From Amoebidium appalachense (taxonomy: Eukaryota > Protista > Ichthyosporea), in NCBI GenBank assembly GCA_963693365.1, contig CAVNZM010000015.1:372001-436000 (forward strand): a stretch of 64,000 bases of DNA, written 5' to 3'. Every line of letters begins with the position of its first letter. Position 1 is the first letter of the stretch. Below are positions 28,357-61,583 of the stretch, in pieces. A program made the position numbers and the translations under genes. A model generated the notes under the pieces. The model was not told the origin of the DNA. It did no database searches and was given only the letters and a program-made list of their open reading frames with translations.

Positions 28357-29317
28357 GAGGGGGGATTCAAACCGTGGAGCTTGAGCCGTAAGTGGTGGTC
28401 GTTGTTGTTGGGGTACAGGGGTTCTACTTTGGAGGTTTACATTCGCGGAAGGGGGGACCTGCGCCCGTACTTGGCATCTATTCATTTGTGTGGGCATGGG
28501 GTGGTGCCTGGCTGCATCCGCTAAAACCCCCGCTATGTCAATTTTCCGTTCTCCTGCCGGCCCAGGTGCAACCCCCCCGCCTGGAAAAGCAGAGACTTGG
28601 TGTGCGTGTTGAGGGGTGCTTGAAAGTATCGACGGACGGGGCGCCGGTGGGGCCGTATTGAAATTTACGGAGTGGGGGGTTTCTGAACCGGCGGAGGGGG
28701 GTGTTGGGTGCTTGTTGGACGATTGGTTTGTGTTGTTGTTGTTGTTGTTGTTGCTGCTGCTGTTGCAATAAGTGTTGTTGTTGTTGTTGCAATAAATGTT
28801 GTTGTTGTTGTTGTTGTTGTTGTTGCTGCTGCTGTTGTAATAAATGTTGTTGTTGTTGTTGCTGTTGCAGTAATTGTTTCTGTTTCTGTTGTTGCAATAA
28901 CAGTTGCTGTTGTTGCATGCTCTGCTGATGAAACATGTGTTGCTGCTTCTGTTGCAGAAATTGCTGTTGCTGAAACGCCTGTTGCCCTTGGGACCCCCCC
29001 ACTCCACCAGAACTTTGCGTTTGGTACCCCCCAGGCATCTGTTGCTGAACAATATTGACCGGTTTCTGCACTTGGAAGGTTCCCTGCTGCATCGCAATTT
29101 TGTCCAAAAGCATTTGGTTCCCCCCGGGTCTCGGGGGATTTACATGAAACACGTTCTGGTTCATTAATGGTGGAGCCCCCCTAACCCCCTGGGGGTACAT
29201 CATTTGTGTGGGGGGGCTCCCCCGGTTGATGGGGCCTGCACGGGGGGCAGGGGCGGGTCGCGGTTTTGGCATGGTGTCGGCTGTGCTAGCAGTCTGTGTG
29301 TGTGTGTGTGTGTGTGG

Positions 29318-29352
<35 letters not shown>

Positions 29353-29921
29353 GTAAGACGTCGGACTACGCCAACATACACTTCACGAATAAAGAAGCAG
29401 GAAGTGCGTAGGGAGAGGCTGCTTTCCTTTGTTGAACTGGATAGAAAAGCTACATTCAAAAACGAAGGTAAAATTCACATGCCAACCCCCCCCCCCCCCC
29501 CCCCCCATTCCCCGACACACCCATGATATGTATTCAACCACATACCCTATACATCTCGGCAAATAGCCAATACAGAGTCGTCTTTCATCACCCACATCCT
29601 TACAACTCTAGCAACCCTAAGCTTTCCCCCCCCCCCCCTCCTTTCTCCTCCCCATTCTCAACCCCACCAATTTCACCCTCCTTGCCCCTCCTTCCCCTTC
29701 CTAAGATTGCCACCTCCCCTTCACATGCAAATATCCCCCCCCCCCTCCCCCGCGCTCTTCTTCGAAAGCCCCTTTGACCCACACCCTTCTCCTGCCCCTC
29801 CCTACTCCATATCCATATGCTACCCCTCTCCCAAACTGCCCCCCCCCCCCCCCCCCCCCCCCCAACCCCAAAAAACACACACACACACACACACACACAC
29901 GCACGCACGCACGCACGCACA

Positions 29922-29962
<41 letters not shown>

Positions 29963-30889
29963 ACACTCACACTTTGCCCTTCTCATTCCACCCACCCACC
30001 CAGATACACCACCTTCACGCGCCCAAACGAATACCCCCCCACCCCCTACACACATCCCCCTAACACCCCCCTACCCGTTCACCAACCCAGTCAAGCATAT
30101 CCCCACCCCTCCATCACCCACCCATATACCATCACCACGCAAAACACCCACATACCCCCCTGCCCCCAAACCTACCCACACTCCTTCCTTTCCCATTCAT
30201 CCTTCATTCACCCCTTCCCCCCCAACACACACACACACACGCACACGCACACCACCCATCCATCCCCCCCCCCCCCCCCCCCCCCCCTTCCGCCTCCCAC
30301 CACCACCACCACCCCCCCATCCACTCACCCATACACAACCTATCATTCATGCCACCCCCCAACCCACCCACCCACATACCTCCCCCCTCCCCCCTTACCC
30401 ACCCACACATCCCGGCTCCCCCTCAAAACAGACACAATACCCCCCCCCCTCCCCCCCTCCACACACACACCCCAACACACACACCTTTCTCAGCTCCAAA
30501 GCCACAGTCTCAATGGTCTCCTGCTCACGTGCCATCTGCCCCAGCTGCTGCTGCACGTGGTAGCGCGACGCATTGGCCCCTGGTGATTGGTGCATTATCA
30601 TGGCCCCCGAATACACCCCGTCACCTAGCAGCCCCTGCTGCGACTGCTGCCCCTGCAGCGTCTGTGTGCACGCGCGTGTGAGCACGGACATGCGCGTCCT
30701 TAGAAAGGGGGGGAGCGGCAAAAGCACACGACCTTTCCCTCTAATTCCCACTCCCCATTCAGCCCCCCCCCCCCCCCCCCCCCCCCCTCCCCCCCCCCGA
30801 CGTGGTCGAGTGCACTGGATCAAACACATCGCAGGCATGCATGTATACACCCTTGTAGAATGCATGCAACCGTCCTCCCCCCCCCCCCC

Positions 30890-30922
<33 letters not shown>

Positions 30923-31481
30923 ACACATGCACGTGCACATGCCTGCGAACACAGACGCACCCACACACCCACACCCCCACCCACACACACCTGCTGTATT
31001 CTCTGCTGGGGCATAGGGGGCCTTCCTCTCTGCGACTGCAACAGGTCCCCCTGTCCAAACAGGTCCAAACGGAAGTTGCTCTCTGCATTGCCTGCAAAGA
31101 AATAATCAGGGGGGAAAGTAGAGGGGTGACACACACAGAAGGGGGGGGGGGGGGGGGGGGGGGGAAAGAAGAGGACGAACAAGAAAGCGAAGAACAAGAA
31201 GAAAGGAAAAGGAAGGAAGAACGAAAGGAGAAGAAGAAGAAAGGGCAGGAGGGGAGGGCCGACCGATTGTATGGTTATTGCCTGCCTGCAATTATTAATA
31301 TTATTATTATTATTTTTTGGGTGTGTGTGTGGGGGGGGGGGGGGGGGGGGGGGGGGAGCAAGTGGGCGAGCAGTGGAGGTGGACCGAGGAAGGAAGACGA
31401 AAGGGTAAGCGGGCAGTGAAAAATACCCAACATGTTGACAGGGGCTTTGGCACATACGGACATCCACACCCAAGCACTCGA

Positions 31482-31514
<33 letters not shown>

Positions 31515-32139
31515 TGTTCCACGCGTATTTCGGCATAGAAGAATCGGAGTAGAAATCTTGAGCAAGTAGATATGACCAAGAAGCAACAACTCTAAAAGAT
31601 CCTATAGCAACGTAAGTGTGTGATTTTTCGTGTGTACGTGTGTGTCCTGAGGTACACCTATAGGATATACCGAAGGGTTGCTATACCTAGGGGTAGATAG
31701 AACTAGGGATTGATATAACCAAAGGTTGATAAATATGGGTTAACATAACTATGAGTCGAACGAAGGGTGGTATGCTAATTAGGAGTGGACATAACTAAAA
31801 TAGTGGTTGATATAACTAAGAATTAATATTATTGGTGTGGCATAACTACGGGTGGATTAATATGAACAGGGTGATATAACTAATGGTGGATATAACGCAA
31901 CCGTACACACCTTGCTGGGGCATGATTCCAGCGTTCTGCAACAGCTGCTGACCTGGAAAGTTCATTGCAAACTGTCCGGCTCCCGCTGCTGTGGCAACCA
32001 TCCGTCAGTGCACGTGTATATGTGTGTGTGTGTATGTGTGTGTGTGTGTGTGCACGTGTTACCATGCACAATGTTGCACACACAGTCTACGGCTGTCTAT
32101 GGCTTTCACCCCACTCCTTGTGCTAACCCATGAGCAGTC

Positions 32140-32170
<31 letters not shown>

Positions 32171-34324
32171 AGTACAGGGGGCTGGATGGAATACATTTAG
32201 AATGTAAAGCACAGCAGCAGGTGCAAAGATACACATGCAAATCCGTGCCGGGCCGGGGGGGGCGGAGGGGGGAGGCTGGGCATACCATTTTGTTTTGTTG
32301 GGGAGGTCATGTCGTTGCCAGTGGAGCCCTGAAACATGTGAGCTATGAGCACACACAGATACACAAGCACGGGCCTTGATTGAACACGTGCATAGCAACC
32401 TACGACCAGAAACGCACGTACTGGGGGGGGTTGGGGGGACGTGTTTCTCTCCCAGTATCAGACGCTTATCAGACGGGAACAAGAATGCACTAGCACAAAC
32501 ACACATAAAGACAGCTCACTCCCTCATGCCCTTCTTCTCCCCCCCCCCCCCCCCCCCAAACACACACACACACAGTCACGCATGCCTGCTCACATCCCCG
32601 CACACCCAAGCATGAGGCAGGGGGGGGTGGGGGAGACATGGACACGCAAAACATGTCGTGGGGGGGAGACGGGGGGGGGGGGGGGGGGGGGGGCACTTCT
32701 GCAACTTTCGCAAGAGCAAATTACGTGGCCATGGAGGAGGAAACAGGTGTGCCACATACAGTCCAAATTAAGAAAAAAACAGGTGCGACTGACAGACGAA
32801 ACCTTCTAAGGATCTTATGAGTGATGTACGAGTAAATGCAGATTATTGCAAAAATGGCAACTGCACACACGATTTCGCACACGAACAGGCACGTGACTGC
32901 CATGAGTGGAAGGATGTGACAGCTGTCAAGCCATGTCCACACCACCATGTTGGCAGGCAAGGATGTGCGGATGGAACCGGGAAGGAAAGGTGGCTTTAAG
33001 GATTGATGATTATGACAAATTAAGAAGAAAGCTATGTAAAGTTACCAAGTCCATCACATGAGTTACAGAATGTGTGTGGGTCTGCATTGTTGACAATGCT
33101 GTTGCACGAAAAAGATTGGATGGTCATGCATAACAGCAGCAAGTGTTGGTGCAGGCTCGTGTAAACGTACACTCTAATGAAAAAAACACTAGATACAAGG
33201 AGCCGAATTATATTAGCATGGTTATGTAAATTTGTCGTGATAAAGATCCCACCATCAGAACAGACAGCGGGGATGTGGCCCTCACCCGCAACGACCCAAG
33301 GTCGTTCCAGACGGAGCCCCCTCCCCCGAGGTTCATTTTTGCTGTTGAAAGGCAGCTCTGTATGCTTTCTCACAGCATTATTGCCCTTGCTTCTCCCCAC
33401 TACTCTGCTGGAAAACTAAACAGAAACAGTGTCAGCATGCTTGCCCCTGTGGCCAGCCCATTCCGATCCACAAGTCATGATGCATGAGTTGTATGTTCAT
33501 CAGACACACAAACGCAAGGCGTTTTCACTGTCACTTTTAACTTTATTTACAACACCAGCATCTGCTGCGTGTGTTTTAAATACGGTTGTTCCAGGTGCAA
33601 TTCCTGAAATCTACGATTCTCGAACGTGTCCAACAGAACATTTTTCAAAAGATCACGTTTTCGTTGCAAACTTGCTAGGTCGTAACAATCAAGTGGTGTG
33701 CTTGTGTGGTAGCAACCCAAAGCCCTTGAAACCATCCTGCAAAAAAAAAAAAAAAGAGATGTCTTTCTTCGTCTAGCCATGCAGTCACAGTATAACAGCT
33801 TCCCACAAGAGCTGGTAGAAGTTGTCGTGTTGATCGAGGTTTCAATAAGCAGCGAAGCTACATACACGTTAAACAAGGGAAAGAACTAAAAAATAGACCC
33901 AATATGCTCAGGCACCAGTCCTCCAACTCTCCCTCAAGCTACCTCAAGGCTCTTGCACCCACTCTACTCCCAAACAAGCAATCATACACCTCTCCCGATC
34001 CTCCACTTCTCATTTCCACCGTCACATTCCCTCTACCCCATACAGCCAACCCACTCCAACTCCTATGAAAAAACGTTTACACGCAAGTCTGCTATGAGCG
34101 TGTGCGTGTGTGAGCGTGTGTGTGTGTGTGCGTGTGGGCGGAGGGGGGGCACCTTTCGGGCTCACAAGCCGGCCGGTGGGTTGGCGTTGGCGGGAAGACA
34201 CAAAACGGGAGACCCAAAACGGCAGACGTTTGCGCGGAGATGGGTTGCAAATTCCTGGACCGTTGATTGGTGGGGCGTTGGGGATGTAGCTAAATGCGAT
34301 GGTGTCAGACTTACGTAAGGACAT
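22336..34324 (-). CDS. GLTSCR1/BICRA-domain protein (putative non-canonical BAF/SWI-SNF subunit) with a Gln/Pro-rich N-terminal region
   Basis: Exons: 34315-34324, 33286-33341, 32286-32328, 31911-31988, 30991-31091, 30625-30661, 30485-30579, 28373-29293 (polyQ; 1-nt homopolymer frameshift ~28700), 27392-27549 (1-nt homopolymer frameshift), 26467-26523, 25707-25798, 24882-24999, 24183-24208, 23879-23950, 23058-23121, 22536-22560, 22336-22383 (TAA). The spliced C-terminus DLSLVIDPNFERPFASRDDAIQRLMCYHLYFEEPYSKDALEKSDAQYEQVAMDLLARAHEAEGRFHNYMRRE matches the GLTSCR1 pattern PDxxxPFxSxxDAxxRLxxYH. Confidence 0.85.
24650..24730 (+). repeat. Dispersed intronic element, short degenerate copy
   Basis: G-run then GTTGAAAGTGCCATACAGTACGTAGTACACAGACGGACAACACGATGCACAGTGCAAACCACAC. 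Confidence 0.65.
25110..25555 (+). repeat. Two tandem copies of the dispersed intronic element (short 25110-25234; long 25260-25555)
   Basis: The first is nearly identical to 11693-11816; the second is colinear with 1868-2125 including the hairpin at 25501-25517. Confidence 0.85.
26273..26366 (+). repeat. Dispersed intronic element, short copy
   Basis: GGGTTCAAATGCCTCATAGAGTACGAAGCACACAACCACAACGGGCAATACAATGCACGAGTGCAAAC after a G-rich tract. Confidence 0.7.
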
Positions 34325-34873
34325 GGCGGTGACGTCACTGCCACTGTGTGCTTGTTGGGGATTTGACGGTAATGGGAAAGAAAGGCATTGATGTTGTGCT
34401 TATGTAACTCTCTATAGAAATATTGAGTTATAGGTTGTTTTTGTGTAGATTTTTAGTCCGAATATGTTGTTTTATATGCGTTTATTGCCGAATATCACCT
34501 AATCCTGTCATCAGACTGTATGGAATTCTTGGAATGCAAGCGAGGTAATTACGGTGTGACTTGATTGGCTAATCACTGGTCCAATCAAACGCAACGTGAT
34601 TTTCGACGATTACGCAACACCTGTCAGCACAGGTCAGCACAGCAACAACTTTTTCTTGATTCTTTTTTCGTCTGTGACGCTGCCTTCCAGTTTTCTCATT
34701 GCCAAGTTCACGTAGCTAAATTACGTGTACAACAGTGCATATTACACGGCCATTTTGGCCCCTAGGATTTCTTAACACATAGATCACCCAATCAACCGTC
34801 TTCTCCTCCTCATCCCTTCCTCCCTCCCTGCCTCCCCCCCCCCTCCAAGCCCACCTCTCTCATTTCTTTTACC
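34325..34873. promoter_or_regulatory. Putative bidirectional promoter between the BICRA-like gene and the 398-aa ORF
   Basis: 549 bp between divergent ATGs with no microsatellite. Palindrome GTGACGTCAC (CRE-like) at 34329-34338; inverted CCAAT boxes TTGATTGG-N12-CCAATCAA at 34561-34588; another CCAATCA near 34789. Confidence 0.6.
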
Positions 34874-36070
34874 ATGGCAGACTCTCAACTAGAAAACGAA
34901 GCAGTTGCTTTCCTTTTGCAACACTTAGCCCAAAATGAAGAGCTTGGAGTGAATCGTGCAGTAAAGCTACTTCAGGAACACCACAACAACCCAAAAATAG
35001 ACACTAAGTCGACACGCACATGGCTTAAAACAGCACGCGAAAAGAAGCAGACGGACCAAAGTCCCGGAGCCCAAGGGGCAAGAAAACCCAACTCCACCGG
35101 GGAAAATGTCGTTCATGCAACAGAAACACTTACCGCATCGATCGGAAAAATGTCGCTTTCTGGTGGTGGAATTCCGGACATTGGTTGGCCAGAGGGGGAG
35201 AAAGACCCGACAAACGAGAAAGAGTACTTGGAGGAGGATATCCCATTCTTCCCCCTCGCACCCATCCCTGACCAGTTGGGCAAAAACCTGCCTAATATGG
35301 AAGGCCTCCCCGAGAATTTACGCAAAAGGGTCGAGTCCCTAGCAACGGCCTGGACACACGAGGACGTTGCCGAGTCGTATAATGCCTTGGGGTCGGCAGA
35401 GCCCCTCATGTCCCTGCAATCCTCAAAGCTTCAGAGCATACTCAACGACGTGTGGAAGAAATACGGGAGAACGTTTTCGAAATGTTGGGGTGCCACGCCC
35501 GAGGATGTGAGATTCCGGTTTTTGGCGTACGCTTCCCCGACTTTGCCCCTCACTCGCACACGGCCAGTTACGATGTCAGGGGAGGATGTGAGTCAATTTG
35601 CAATCCTTGTGCCCGAGTTCAACCTTGTGGAATTGGGCTGGGTTGGAAAAGATGTGTTTGATGAGAGGTTAATTCAACTGCTGCGTCTACATGCATTCAA
35701 TGACGTTGGCCAATTGTCTGCCTGGATAGCGCCATATGTGCGCACAAAGATGACCGTTTTGAACAGTCCAGCACGGCTACAACGAGACATCAGGCGGGAA
35801 TTTACCATGCTCTCCGATGGCGCGACGTACCATGTGCGCAGCAATGAGATCCTGCAAAAGGTACTTGAATGGGAAGGAATGGGCATGGCGTCATCCCCCG
35901 CAGTGGCGCACCAAATTAACCAGAGGATGGTGCTGGTCATATCCCAACTGCTGCTATTTATGGACGAGTACATGTCGCGGATTATGTGCACGCCGAACAT
36001 CCTCACGCGGGAATATATCAAGTTGCCTAATTCGGCACCGGTCAAGAAACACGTGCGCAGGAAGAAATGA
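34874..36070 (+). CDS. Hypothetical protein, 398 aa, intronless
   Basis: Long repeat-free ORF with ACCATGG start context and normal amino-acid composition. It has a short helical N-terminal module (LGVNRAVKLLQEHH..IDTKSTRTWLK), a linker and a globular C-terminal region. No family recognised with confidence. Confidence 0.82.
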   Translation: MADSQLENEAVAFLLQHLAQNEELGVNRAVKLLQEHHNNPKIDTKSTRTWLKTAREKKQTDQSPGAQGARKPNSTGENVVHATETLTASIGKMSLSGGGIPDIGWPEGEKDPTNEKEYLEEDIPFFPLAPIPDQLGKNLPNMEGLPENLRKRVESLATAWTHEDVAESYNALGSAEPLMSLQSSKLQSILNDVWKKYGRTFSKCWGATPEDVRFRFLAYASPTLPLTRTRPVTMSGEDVSQFAILVPEFNLVELGWVGKDVFDERLIQLLRLHAFNDVGQLSAWIAPYVRTKMTVLNSPARLQRDIRREFTMLSDGATYHVRSNEILQKVLEWEGMGMASSPAVAHQINQRMVLVISQLLLFMDEYMSRIMCTPNILTREYIKLPNSAPVKKHVRRKK

Positions 36071-36239
36071 GTGTCTTTGCGCTTGGTTTTTTTGCATGCT
36101 TGGGGGAGGGGGGGGGGGGGGGGGGGGGGGGGGGAGAGGTTAGTAAGGGAGAAGAGGAGGAGTGGGGGAATGGGAGTGGTGGTAGGTGGGTGTGCACACT
36201 TGTCTTTTTTTTTTTTCTTTCTTTTTTTTTTTTTTTTTG

Positions 36240-36276
<37 letters not shown>

Positions 36277-36534
36277 TACAATTATTTTATTAGGATTTTG
36301 GAAAGAAAAGGATGTGTTAATCTGCCTCGTTTCCCCCCTTCCTTTCCGTCGAATCTATATATATTGTTAAGATTTTGGATTACCAGTGCATTTTGATCTC
36401 CTGTGCGCTGCTGCGCGTGCTGTGTGCAAGCTCCAGTATGTGTTTCTTTCCTATCTTTCTTTGTTTTTCTTTCTTTTTTCTTCTTCTTCTTCTTCTTGTT
36501 TTTTTTTTTTGAGGATGGGGTTTTTTTTTTTTTT

Positions 36535-36579
<45 letters not shown>

Positions 36580-37374
36580 TTCTCTGTGTTGGGTGTGTGA
36601 AGTGTGGCCATGAAGAGGTTGGGGGAGGGGGATAGAGGGTGACACATTTTCAAATCCCTCGTGTGGCTAAGAAGTAGCAGATGCATTTTTGTGTTCACAA
36701 AACGGTTGTTTTAATTTATTTTATATTATATTTAAAGCTGATATGTTGATGTTGTTGATGCCAGGTTGGGTGACCATTCTGCACACTTTGGCACGTGCTC
36801 TAATTGAAGAACAGAGCATATGTATATATCAAGTGTACATGATCACCACAGACATGTTTTTCTGCCTCTTGTCTATCGCCTAAATCTATGCCCCTCCCCC
36901 CTCCCCCTCCCCCCTCTGATACCCCTACCCCCCCAGGTTCCAACAAATAAATTAACCTACTATATTCAGTGGCATTCAGAAAAACCAACGATAGAGAAAC
37001 GTTAGTAACTTAAAGCAAATATTTCCGCTATATTTTCACTGTATATATCCCACCACTATGTACATGTTCATCTCTCACTACTAGTAAATAGTTCTAAGTA
37101 GCCAAAGCCAATAGCACAATGGAATTACGACGACCTTATAAATTTTAAACAGTGTGCACCGAAACCTATAGGCGGATGGACCTATTCTCCAACACGCAAT
37201 ATATGTTTCCCCTCTAAATCACCCAAGACGCACATGTGCATTTTCTCTAGAATATCCAACATATGGATGTATTTACTATTTAAACATGCAAAAGAGCGTC
37301 TTCGGCATGCTATGGTCCACTATATCTCCACTTGCCATGCATCCTAGCAGATGATTGGCCAGATATCACGGCTG

Positions 37375-58828
<21,454 letters not shown>

Positions 58829-60005
58829 CGTGGGGTGGGAAGGAGAAGGCGGAAGGGAGGGCGTGGGGGGTCCCAAAGAAAGGGGGTGTTATGTGTGGGG
58901 CATAGCTCAAGATGCTGGGCGCTAATGGTGCTTATTTGCGGTTAGAGCATTATTCCTAGCAGTCTACTGACCACCTAGGATGTGCATCTCTCGTGCAGCT
59001 TTTGAAAGGTCTCTGTTCAATGATTTATGTTTCTGACAGGTGTGTGGTTTCTGTCTCTGGTGCGAACAGTGGTGCGACCGTGTGAGTCGGCGACTCAAAT
59101 TTGCAATTTGAATGTGATTGGTGGACCTAAATACTCAGTTTTATCTAGTCGCTTTGAGTGCTGTCTCCTGCGGCCTATAGGCTATAACATACAATAACTT
59201 GTACGTTGCCAGTCACTTGATAAAGTTCGATCGCGCATAATCGGATCTAGAGTTACGAGTGGTGATTGGTGCAAAAAATGACCCAGCCTACTAGTAAAAA
59301 AAAGACATGATCCCCCTGCCCCGGCTTCTTACCGAAAATTTGGTTTAAAACTTTTGAGCATTCCATTGGTCATTGCATATTGAGCGATTTGATTGGTCGT
59401 TACAGCCAGAAGGACCCCGCCGCATCGTTGGAGGCCGCCCCGGCCACTTATGGTAAGCCAGCGGGTACATAGCCTTGGAGACTAAGTTTTATCTCTGGAA
59501 TGCACCCCAGATAAAGGACTTCAAGTGGGTTGTCCAGGTTTTCCGTTTTGTCGGACTCGTTTTGTTTTTTTAATTTGTTGTTGTTGAGGGGAGACAGTGA
59601 AGTGATTCCCGAGCCCTGGGTTTAATGTATGTGAACTAGGTGTCTGATACGTGTAAGACTCTCAACTCCCAAGTCTGTGGAGTGAGTCATTGCAGTCATG
59701 TGACACGTGAATGATTCGAGTCTGCAGCTGCGCAATGCAACCTTGCCAACGGTTATATTAGGTTGAAGTACTGTTGGCCTTGGTGCCGGCAACTCAGTTT
59801 CATGTTCTTTCTTCTTGCCATGAGAATAGAGAGTCGATTTAATGGTGCTTACTTTACCTAAAAGAACTCTATAAATTGTGCATGGCACTAGGCCTATGCA
59901 TTTGGACTTTTTGGGTTCACAAACCATTCAACGGCTGTTTACTCTTGTTCAATGGCACAAACATGTACAAAAAAGGGTTTTTATGGGTATTCGAGTGTTT
60001 AGTAT

Positions 60006-60093
60006 GTGGAATTATTGTGAACATAAAAGATATCTATTCTCGTCGAGTAGTGGAATTATTGTGAACATAAAAGATATCTATTCTCGTCGAGTA
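60006..60093. repeat. Perfect 44-bp tandem duplication
   Basis: GTGGAATTATTGTGAACATAAAAGATATCTATTCTCGTCGAGTA at 60006-60049 and 60050-60093. Confidence 0.95.
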
Positions 60094-60500
60094 TCATAGT
60101 ACTACAGAAAGTAAATTTTGTAATAACTATTTTGGTGGCCTTGCAGACTAGTGCAGGCAAGCAGATAATGATAAGTACAAGTGCGACACAAGTTCGTAGG
60201 AGGTATTTATTTATAAGCTTATGTGCGCAGCGAAGAAAATAAAAATGCTATCTTATACAATTGCTAACAAGGTGAAAAAAATATGGGCTGGATTGTAATA
60301 CACAGCTGTGGCATTTCGAGAGGCCTAGAGGCCTCAGAGATGATATGCCCAGAATTACAGCAATTATCAGTCGTGGGGTGGCAGCTTTACCAGGTCAACT
60401 GAAACCTTAAAAAGGACACAAAACCCACCGTCCGTCTACATAGAAGCAAACCCACTTATCGGTATGTACCATATCTGGGCAATAGCATTACCACTTATGG

Positions 60501-61516
60501 TCAATAGCTCGCCATGGGGAGCGCGTAGGGATGACCCGGGGGGTAGCTTTCTTGGGTGGCGGAATAGGTGGGTGCGTACTCTGGCCCCTGATAGGCCCCA
60601 TATGTCACGTGATCCATCCCTCTGTACTCCTCCCCCTGGCTCACGGGCGGTGCGGCCGGTCGTGGGGGCTCATAAGCCCTGGTGTCTTGAACAAACCCCC
60701 CCTCGTGTAAACTTCGCCGTGCCGTCGCTTGAATCGACGTGTCGCTGTATGATCGCCCGACACGGTCTTTCGCTTCGATCACGTCCGAAAAGGGGTTCCA
60801 TAGTTTTTTGGGGGGCTCTTGGCGTTGTATGGGCGGACTATGAAATCTGTCCGGGTGTTGAGGGGTATTTCTGTTCGAGTCGTGGGGTCTGAAATTTCGC
60901 TGCTGGCACTGCATGCACGGGCAGCCCATGGGATGAGCCTGTTGCTCGTGAAAGTTCGAATTTTGTGGGGGTCTTTGCATTTGCTGCCCGTTCGTTTCAT
61001 AGTAATGCCAGCCGTGTGTTTGCGAAATGGGTTGTACGTTGACGTCTGAGTAGGTAGCAGGGGTGGGGTTACTATACGAAAATCGATCGCTTTGGTCTTG
61101 TTGATAAAGTGCTGTCGGCTGATCGTAGCCCCTTTGGGGGGGCTGGAAATATGCGGGGTTTGGGGGACCGGGAGGATACATTTGCTGCTGTGGCAGCGGA
61201 ATTTTTCTTTGTGGGGCTGGATAGCCGTTGGAATTCTCGGAAGAATGCGGACTGGCGGGGGTTTGGATGTGCGAACTTGGCAGGTAGTTGGCGGGTTCTA
61301 TGGGACCCTGTACTTGTGCACCGATGGGGCTGCATGGCTGTGTAGGAACGGGACTACCCATCTGAGGGGTTCCAGGTGCCGACCCAGCCTGAAAGTTGGA
61401 GGATGGAGTAAGAAAACGGTCTGCCGAAAGACTGCAAGATGCGGCCCAATTGATACTAGCCGAAATATCCAAGAAATGTGTGTACGAAGCACGTAGGGGG
61501 CACTGGTGCATGAATA

Positions 61517-61583
<67 letters not shown>

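Noticed and set aside
27931-29272. Overlapping polyN and polyQ ORFs as dual coding or programmed frameshift
   Set aside because: A single-base indel in the G run near 28700 joins them into one exon; similar homopolymer errors occur at ~27440 and ~1735.
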